This document shows positions 57,589 through 64,000 of a stretch of 64,000 nucleotides of DNA, piece after piece (within the stretch, counting starts at the first letter, position 1; each line of letters starts with the position of its first letter). The notes beneath the pieces are model-generated. The model made no database searches and was not told where the DNA came from. It was given only the letters and a program-made list of their open reading frames with translations. This DNA comes from Anaerohalosphaeraceae bacterium (GTDB taxonomy: Bacteria > Planctomycetota > Phycisphaerae > Sedimentisphaerales > Anaerohalosphaeraceae). Position numbers and translations under genes: made by a program. The DNA is taken from assembly GCA_050309605.1 (NCBI GenBank), contig JBNRMN010000033.1, positions 192,001-256,000 of the forward strand. The letters run 5' to 3'.

Positions 57589-59415
57589 ATGATGGCCGAA
57601 TATCAAACAACAGAATTCCGTTTCTCAGGCGCCAAGATGTTGTTGATGCCGTTATTGATAGTTTTGATGTTTGTCGAGGCGTCTCTTGTCGCCGATACGG
57701 TTTATCTGTTTACGTCGTTTCGCGGCGACGGCGACGGATTGCATCTGTCCGTCAGTGAGGACGGATATGAATGGACGGCGCTTGAGGGGATTTTTCTTGA
57801 GCCTCAGGTCGGCAGTCGTCTGATGCGTGATCCGCATATTCTGGTCGGTCCCGACGGTTTGTTTCATATGGTCTGGACGACCGGCTGGCGCGACAAGGGG
57901 ATTGGCTATGCCCATTCGCGCGATTTGGTCAACTGGTCGCAGCAGCGTTATCTGCCGCTGATGGAAGAGGTTCCCGGTACGCGCAACTGCTGGGCGCCCG
58001 AATTGTTTTACGACCAAAAGCGCGGCGAGTATATGATCCTCTGGTCATCCGATGTCGAAGGGCGTTTTGCGGAAACGGTCTCCGAGCATCGAATGAACAA
58101 TCGACCGTATTATGTCACGACGACGGATTTTGAGACTTTCAGCGAGCCGAAAGTTCTGTTTGACCCGGGCTTTGACAACATTGATGCGACGCTCATTGAG
58201 CACAACGGGCGGTTTCTTCTGACGATCAAGGAAGGCGATATGCAGCAGCGCGGGATTTGGGGACCGATTTATCAGGCCACGGCCGACGATCCGCGCGGGC
58301 CGTATGAGCTGCTCGAAGAGCCGGTGCTGACGGCGCGCGCTGAAGGGCCGACCGTCGCCCGTATCGACGATGCGTATGTGATGTATATCGATTACTACGG
58401 CAGCGGTCGTTACGGCGCGCTGAAGACACGGGATTTTAAGACCTGGACGGACACCAGCGATCAGGTTCGGACGGTTCGCGGCCAGCGGCACGGCACGGTG
58501 CTGGCGATTCCGCGTCGTACTGCCTTGAGTTTGAAGGAGCGGGAGCTTCAATTGCCTCCGCCGCCGGTGCTGCCGGGGTATCACGCTGATCCGCATATCG
58601 CGGTCTTCGGCGACCGATATTATATTTATCCGACGACCGACGGCACTGAGGGCTGGGCCTCGACGTCGTTTAGCTGTATGTCCTCGACCGATTTGGTGCA
58701 CTGGCAAAATCACGGCGTGATTCTGCGTTTGGGCGTCGATGTGAAATGGGCCAATCGCAACGCCTGGGCGCCGGCGATTGCAACCAAAAACGGCAAATAC
58801 TATTTCTATACCTCTGCGGCTCAAAACATCGGTGTGGCGGTTTCCGATACGCCGCACGGCCCGTTTGTCGATCCGCTGGGCGAGCCGCTGGTGCCGAAGG
58901 GCCGATGGTCCGGCCAGGCGATTGACCCGATGGTCTTTATTGACGATGACGGTTCGGCCTACCTGTATTGGGGCCAGGGCAATTGCTGGGTGGTGAAGCT
59001 GAACGACGATATGATTTCGTTCGATCCTGAAGGTGTGCGGAGAATTACGCCGCCGGGTTATAATGAAGGGGCGTTTGTGATTAAGCGAAACGGCATTTAT
59101 TATCTGATGTGGTCCGAGTTTGACACGCGCGACCCGCGCTACAGTGTTGCTTACGGAATGTCCGATTCCCCGATGGGGCCGTTCAGGAAGGCCGCCGAGA
59201 ACCCTATTCTCAAGGCCAAAGGGATGGTCCAAGGCGCCGGGCATCATTCCGTGGTTCAGGTTCCGGGGGAGGATACATGGTTTATCGCGTACCATCGGTT
59301 TGCCATTCCGGACGGTTCCGGCTACAAGCGCGAAACGTGTATTTCGCCGATGCGGTTCAATCCGGACGGCACGATTCAGCCGGTGGATGTATTTGAGGCG
59401 GCCTCGCTGAAATGA
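57589..59415 (+). CDS. Secreted tandem GH43 glycoside hydrolase (two beta-propellers)
   Basis: Domain 1: MRDP, WAPE, IDAT, AEGP. Domain 2: HADP, WAPA, IDPM, NEGA, GAGHHS. Start uncertain (57589-57637). Confidence 0.9.
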   Translation: MMAEYQTTEFRFSGAKMLLMPLLIVLMFVEASLVADTVYLFTSFRGDGDGLHLSVSEDGYEWTALEGIFLEPQVGSRLMRDPHILVGPDGLFHMVWTTGWRDKGIGYAHSRDLVNWSQQRYLPLMEEVPGTRNCWAPELFYDQKRGEYMILWSSDVEGRFAETVSEHRMNNRPYYVTTTDFETFSEPKVLFDPGFDNIDATLIEHNGRFLLTIKEGDMQQRGIWGPIYQATADDPRGPYELLEEPVLTARAEGPTVARIDDAYVMYIDYYGSGRYGALKTRDFKTWTDTSDQVRTVRGQRHGTVLAIPRRTALSLKERELQLPPPPVLPGYHADPHIAVFGDRYYIYPTTDGTEGWASTSFSCMSSTDLVHWQNHGVILRLGVDVKWANRNAWAPAIATKNGKYYFYTSAAQNIGVAVSDTPHGPFVDPLGEPLVPKGRWSGQAIDPMVFIDDDGSAYLYWGQGNCWVVKLNDDMISFDPEGVRRITPPGYNEGAFVIKRNGIYYLMWSEFDTRDPRYSVAYGMSDSPMGPFRKAAENPILKAKGMVQGAGHHSVVQVPGEDTWFIAYHRFAIPDGSGYKRETCISPMRFNPDGTIQPVDVFEAASLK

Positions 59416-59434
59416 CGGCGCTGTCCCTGTCTGA

Positions 59435-60418
59435 TCAGGCTAATTGACGGTCAAGCTGGGAGGGACTGACCGCCGCTGTTTCTACCGCCTCTGCCTCCAG
59501 CGGCGTCGGTCGGCAGGGTGTATGGTGAACGCGCGCAACGAAATCGTCGATCTCATTGAGTGTTTCAAAACCGACAATGACCGAATCGACGCACCCCAGA
59601 TTCAGCACATAGTCGAGCGTGTGATTGCGCCGCTGGTCGCTGTCGCGAAATCGCCCTTCACCGATGAGTTTCATCCCAATGATGCCTTTGCCGTTGGCGT
59701 GTGCTTTTTGGATAACAGGGACGACCTTGTCCGGGGTATCATCCATCGATTGGCCGTAGGGATTGATACGGGTGTGGATGCAATCGACCCAGGGGTGTTC
59801 AGCCGCGGCTTCCAGTGCCGCCAGTGAATGGCAGGACACACCGTGCGTGCGAATGAGTCCTTTTTTCTTGAGGTTCTCCAGAATGGCCATCTGATCCTGC
59901 ATTCGCTCGGTCCAGTCCGGTGCGGTCATACAGTGAATCTGCAGGATGTCGATATGGTCGGTTTTCAGTTCGTTGAGAAAGCGTTGTACAACGACATCGG
60001 CGTCGGGGCGTTCCGGCTCCGGCAGGCCGCGGGGCATATACCAGATTTTGGAGACCAGACAATACTCATCGCGCGGCACATCCCGCAGGGCGTTTGCCAG
60101 AAAGGTATGCGAGCCGTACAAATCGGCGCTGTCGATGAGTCGGATTCCGCGGTCCAGACTGCCGCGGATCAGGGCGGTAAAGTGCTCCTGACCGGCGCGG
60201 GTCTGGTTGGACTGACGATTAAAGCCCCGAAAGCCGGTACCGATGCCCACACGTGAGGTTTTCAGTCCAGTCCGGCCCAGCGGGACAATCTGATCGGGTT
60301 CAAAATGAGTCGGTTGTGTTGGCGACGTATTGGATGAAGGGTCTGAATGGCAACCGAGCAACGCGGTGCCAAGTCCCGCGACGGATCCTTTGATAAATTG
60401 ACGACGTCCAATGGTCAT
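59435..60418 (-). CDS. Aldo/keto reductase with a Tat-type, possibly lipoprotein, signal
   Basis: MTIGRRQFIKG...LLGC; IDSADLYG, VSKIW, DILQIH, GVSCH. Confidence 0.85.
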   Translation of the reverse strand: MTIGRRQFIKGSVAGLGTALLGCHSDPSSNTSPTQPTHFEPDQIVPLGRTGLKTSRVGIGTGFRGFNRQSNQTRAGQEHFTALIRGSLDRGIRLIDSADLYGSHTFLANALRDVPRDEYCLVSKIWYMPRGLPEPERPDADVVVQRFLNELKTDHIDILQIHCMTAPDWTERMQDQMAILENLKKKGLIRTHGVSCHSLAALEAAAEHPWVDCIHTRINPYGQSMDDTPDKVVPVIQKAHANGKGIIGMKLIGEGRFRDSDQRRNHTLDYVLNLGCVDSVIVGFETLNEIDDFVARVHHTPCRPTPLEAEAVETAAVSPSQLDRQLA

Positions 60419-60636
60419 AATATAATCTCCGCATTTTGTGTGTTCGCTGGTCATCAGTATAACGACTTGTTTTTTACGATACAACTGTCAATCCGTTCAT
60501 CTTTCTTGTTTCCTGCCGGCGGTGTTTTCAGAGGATTCTTGACGCCGACGGGGCTTGGGAGTACCATTCTTTCTGTTGAGACCAAGGGTTTATCGATGTT
60601 GCAAAACGACATTTTGAGTGTGGAAAGGACCGTTCA

Positions 60637-61494
60637 ATGACAGCGTCTTTTACGATGATATTGATGCTTGTGGGGATTCAGGCCTTCGGTCAAACCGAGG
60701 CAAAGAAGGCCCTCGTGCCGCCTGTGGCGCCGGGTGAGGGCAATGTGTGGGAACTGACCTTCGTGGATGAATTTGAAGGGACGGTCATCGATCCGAATCT
60801 GTGGACGGTTCGGCACCATAACCGCAGGCCGCGAAAGAACAATTTCTGGCATCGGGAGTGTGCTGTTTTGGATGGGAATGGGCTGCTTCGTGTTATTACC
60901 CGCACGAGTACGGAACGCCAGGGCTGGCATGACACCGCCTGTATCGAGACGCAGGGCACATTTACGCAGCGGTTCGGCTATTTTGAGATTCGTGCTGAGA
61001 TGCAGAGCCAGCCGGGATTCTGGTCGGCGTTCTGGGCGATGCCCGCGCCGCCGGGGGACATCAGCTCGACACGGTTCGGAGCAATGGACGGAGCGGAACT
61101 GGATATTTTCGAAAAAAACACGCTGGATGATGACGTTCAGCACGCCCTGCACTGGGACGGCTACGGCCAGGATCACAAAAGCGCCGGTCATCGTGCGAAA
61201 GTGCCCGGCGTGATGGAGGGGTTTCATACCTTCGGTTTGTTATGGACGCCGGATGAGTATGTGTTTTATGTGGACGGCAAAGAGACGTGGCGCACCCGCG
61301 CCGGCGGGGTGGCTCAGGTGCCGGTGTATTTGAAAATCTCCTCGGAGATCGGTGATTGGGGCGGCGATATTACCCAGGCCGAACTGCCGGATGAATTTCG
61401 TGTGGACTATGTTCGGGTCTGGCAGCTTTATACCGAGGACGGACAGGTTGCCTGGACGCCCAAACCTTTTGTCGAACCGGAGTCGGCGGATTGA
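60637..61494 (+). CDS. Secreted GH16 glycoside hydrolase
   Basis: FVDEFEG, FGYFEIR, WSAFW, ELDIFE catalytic motif, VDYVRVW. Confidence 0.92.
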   Translation: MTASFTMILMLVGIQAFGQTEAKKALVPPVAPGEGNVWELTFVDEFEGTVIDPNLWTVRHHNRRPRKNNFWHRECAVLDGNGLLRVITRTSTERQGWHDTACIETQGTFTQRFGYFEIRAEMQSQPGFWSAFWAMPAPPGDISSTRFGAMDGAELDIFEKNTLDDDVQHALHWDGYGQDHKSAGHRAKVPGVMEGFHTFGLLWTPDEYVFYVDGKETWRTRAGGVAQVPVYLKISSEIGDWGGDITQAELPDEFRVDYVRVWQLYTEDGQVAWTPKPFVEPESAD

Positions 61495-61530
61495 TCCGTT
61501 GGAGTTGAGAAACACAGCGCGTCTTGGGTT

Positions 61531-62412
61531 TTATTCGGTGCACATCAGCCATTCGGCCGCGAAAAGCGCCAGATCGTGCAAATCCACGACGCAGTCGCCG
61601 GACAGATCCGCTTTGAGCGGGCAGTGTCCATACAATTCGAGGTTGTCCCAATAGATGTCATCCGTCGAGGTCTCGTTGGCCCAATGGTAGGCCCTGATGG
61701 TGGCCTGGATCTGCTCGATTTGCTGTCCGCGTTTCCATTCCTGCGCGTCCCAATCAAATGATCGCGGCAGGGCGTACTCGCTGAGTGTTTGCGTTTCCTC
61801 ATTGACGGTCAGAGAAACGTAACGGTCGGCCCGCTGATCAATGACCAGTTTGATATGATGCCACGTTTCCCAGTCCAGTGTCTGGCCGACGGTCAGAGGA
61901 ATCGGGACATTGTTGTCCAGCCCGTTAAAACAGGCCAGGCCGACATCGATGTTTCGGATGTTTTTGGCAGTTCCGTTGCCGCTGGACAGACCAAAGCCCA
62001 CAATGACGAAACCCGGATGCGGGCCGCCGGAGATTTCCAGTGCGGCCTGATACTCGTTTATCGCCTCCGGATCACTCGTCGCGGCGTAAAAATCGGCTTC
62101 GAGGGTAACCACTGGAGATCGGGACAAATCCGGCGGTTCGATTGGCCGCAGAACGTTGGTTTGTGCTCCTTCGGTATCGTCGGCGTCAATGAACAGTCGC
62201 AATGCCTGTCCAGCCACGACGATGTCTTGCTGAATTTGGTCGAAGTCGGGTCGCGTTCCGTAATACCATCCGTCCTGCGCCTCGTCGCCGGGGTGGTGGT
62301 GCGTTGGCCCCGGTGCCAGATCATCGAAGTCGGTCGCAAAAAACGTGATTCGATCCGCATTGAGCGAGTAACAACACAGGGTCAATCCCATCGCAATAGC
62401 ATAGCGTTTCAT
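61531..62412 (-). CDS. Secreted protein with C-terminal dockerin-like domain
   Basis: Signal MKRYAIAMGLTL...; ADLSGDCVVDLHDLALFAAEWL; GGAGG RBS. Confidence 0.82.
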   Translation of the reverse strand: MKRYAIAMGLTLCCYSLNADRITFFATDFDDLAPGPTHHHPGDEAQDGWYYGTRPDFDQIQQDIVVAGQALRLFIDADDTEGAQTNVLRPIEPPDLSRSPVVTLEADFYAATSDPEAINEYQAALEISGGPHPGFVIVGFGLSSGNGTAKNIRNIDVGLACFNGLDNNVPIPLTVGQTLDWETWHHIKLVIDQRADRYVSLTVNEETQTLSEYALPRSFDWDAQEWKRGQQIEQIQATIRAYHWANETSTDDIYWDNLELYGHCPLKADLSGDCVVDLHDLALFAAEWLMCTE

Positions 62413-62577
62413 TCCATCACCTCCACATACACAATTTACATTTTGTCTTACTTGAACGTCTGTCAAATACGTGTTCTACCGCGTTGTCGGTCCATCTTGC
62501 CGAATACTTCGACGGATATGTCAATGAATGCAAATATGTGTTGATAAAGTGCCTATTTTCTCCTTTTTGTACGTTCC

Positions 62578-62606
62578 ACTATACCCATAACGCGCCAAAT
62601 TGTCAA
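62578..62606 (-). promoter_or_regulatory. sigma70-type promoter
   Basis: TTGACA-N17-TATAGT. Confidence 0.75.
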
Positions 62607-62669
62607 GTTTTTTTGTTTTTTCCCGTTTTTTTCTTAAAACCGGTTGGTGATGCGGGGGTATTTATTTAT

Positions 62670-62698
62670 TTGACGTGGTTTCGGGGCGGGGGTATGAT
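62670..62698 (+). promoter_or_regulatory. sigma70-type promoter for the vor-like operon
   Basis: TTGACG-N17-TATGAT. Confidence 0.75.
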
Positions 62699-62732
62699 GT
62701 TTTTTGAAATGTATCAGAGAAAGGGGCCGGTT

Positions 62733-62966
62733 ATGGCTGATAATAAAGCAGTTATTGAATTTGACAGTGACCGCTGCAAGGGTTGCGGTTTGTGTGTGAT
62801 TTTTTGTCCGCATCAGAATATTCGTATGTCGGATATCCTGAATGAGCAGGGCCATCCCTATGCGGAGTTGGTTGATGCGGATCGGTGTACGGGCTGCGGA
62901 TTATGCTATCGGATGTGTCCGGATACGGCCATCGCGATCCATCGCAGTAAAACGGCGAAACGATGA
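62733..62966 (+). CDS. 2x[4Fe-4S] ferredoxin, delta subunit of a 2-oxoacid:ferredoxin oxidoreductase
   Basis: CKGCGLCVIFCP and CTGCGLCYRMCP. Confidence 0.93.
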   Translation: MADNKAVIEFDSDRCKGCGLCVIFCPHQNIRMSDILNEQGHPYAELVDADRCTGCGLCYRMCPDTAIAIHRSKTAKR

Positions 62967-64000
62967 TGGGACAGAAAGTTCTTTTGAAAGGCAATGAGGC
63001 GATGGCCGCCGCGGCCGTAGAGGCGGGCTGTCGGTTTTTCGCGGGGTATCCGATCACGCCTCAAAATGAGGTGCCCGAATACTTTTCGTGGCGTTTGCCG
63101 CAGGCCGGCGGGGTCTTCGTGCAGGCCGAGAGCGAGGTGGCCGCGATCAATATGATCTTCGGCTCAGCCGCGGCCGGGGCGCGGAGCATGACCAGCTCAT
63201 CGTCGCCGGGGATCAGTCTCAAGCAAGAGGGTATCAGCTATATCGCTGCGGCTGAGCTTCCGTGTGTCATCGCCAACGTGCAGCGCGGCGGGCCGGGACT
63301 GGGCAATATCCGCGCTTCGCAGGGGGATTATTTTCAGGCGGTCAAAGGCGGCGGGCACGGTGATTATCGGCTGATCGTGCTGGCGCCGGCGTATGTGCAG
63401 GAATTGTACGATCTGACGATGCTTGCGTTTGACTGGGCGGATCTGTATCGCAATCCGGTGATGATTCTGGGCGATGGCATCCTGGGTCAGATTGCCGAGC
63501 CGCTGGAGTTAAGACCCTATCGGCCGATTGCCGAGCTTCCCGCCAAAGACTTTGCTCTGACCGGGTGTGCGGGGCGCGCTTCGCGCGTGGTTAAGACGCT
63601 GATTCTGAACCCTCCTGACGGTTTGGTTACCCACAATGATCACTTGCAGGACAAATATCGACGGATTGAGCGGGAATTGTCACTCTGCGAGGAATACGAA
63701 ACCGAGGACGCTGAGATTCTGATTGCAGCCTATGGGATGAGCGGACGCATCGCCAAAGGCGCGGTGCGCCGTGCTCGGCAAAAGGGCATTCGGGCCGGGC
63801 TGATTCGACCGATTACGCTGTGGCCGTTTCCGAAGGCGGCGATGCAGCGTGCGGTTGCCGATGTGCGTCGGGTTTTGGTTGTCGAAATGAGCTGCGGACA
63901 GTTTGTCGAGGATGTACGACTGGCGACCGAATGCAGCGTACCGGTGGAGTTTTTCGGTCGGGGCGGCGGCTGGTATCCGCTGGATACGGAGATTCTTGAG
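62963..64000 (+). CDS. vorB: 2-oxoacid:ferredoxin oxidoreductase alpha subunit (VorB-like), runs off window edge
   Basis: Manual translation: KGNEAMA...AGYPITPQNE...QAESEVAAINM...SSSSPGISLKQE...QRGGPGLG...GGGHGDY. Confidence 0.88.
   Translation, partial: MMGQKVLLKGNEAMAAAAVEAGCRFFAGYPITPQNEVPEYFSWRLPQAGGVFVQAESEVAAINMIFGSAAAGARSMTSSSSPGISLKQEGISYIAAAELPCVIANVQRGGPGLGNIRASQGDYFQAVKGGGHGDYRLIVLAPAYVQELYDLTMLAFDWADLYRNPVMILGDGILGQIAEPLELRPYRPIAELPAKDFALTGCAGRASRVVKTLILNPPDGLVTHNDHLQDKYRRIERELSLCEEYETEDAEILIAAYGMSGRIAKGAVRRARQKGIRAGLIRPITLWPFPKAAMQRAVADVRRVLVVEMSCGQFVEDVRLATECSVPVEFFGRGGGWYPLDTEILE

Noticed and set aside
1..64000. tRNA, rRNA, tmRNA, RNase P, SRP RNA, integrase or transposase genes
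   Set aside because: No convincing signatures were seen by eye; a covariance-model scan would be needed to exclude them formally

Overview
A 64 kb GC-rich chromosomal window. The PEP-CTERM proteins, several secreted proteins ending in a dockerin-like 'D(L/I)xGDCxVDxxDFxxxAxxWL' domain, PPDK, D-lactate dehydrogenase and a 2-oxoacid:ferredoxin oxidoreductase suggest an anaerobic planctomycete, probably Phycisphaerae/Sedimentisphaerales-like (inference). Core content: trpE-G-D-F-B' operon, TRAP transporter with USP, groES-groEL, rpmE-prfA, cls, ppdK, ldhA, csp, rpmA, rsmE, asnS, trkH-trkA, thiE, dapB, phoB-phoR-like pair, tatD, psd-pssA, dus, udg, GH43, GH16 and vorD-vorB'. No tRNA, rRNA, CRISPR array or intact IS element was seen. 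Highlights: (1) an apparent operon (41013->35310) of superoxide reductase, ferritin-like cargo with a targeting peptide, family 1 encapsulin, a Cys-rich DUF2769-like protein, aceE and aceF. E1 lacks its N-terminal E2-docking segment, E2 lacks its peripheral-subunit-binding domain, and no E3 is present. The same 17-bp operator precedes this operon and the neighbouring one. (2) A promoter-to-terminator unit (about 8900-9540) with three unannotated small ORFs carrying RGPP, KAPP and RGPP arrest-like motifs and a 3' hairpin domain exposing anti-Shine-Dalgarno sequence. (3) A complete, apparently leaderless, Trp-Trp attenuator before trpE. (4) A sigma54-type promoter before groES. (5) An intergenic DnaA-box cluster (candidate oriC). 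(6) An IdeS/Mac-like secreted cysteine protease. All family assignments come from motif recognition by eye; no searches were run.
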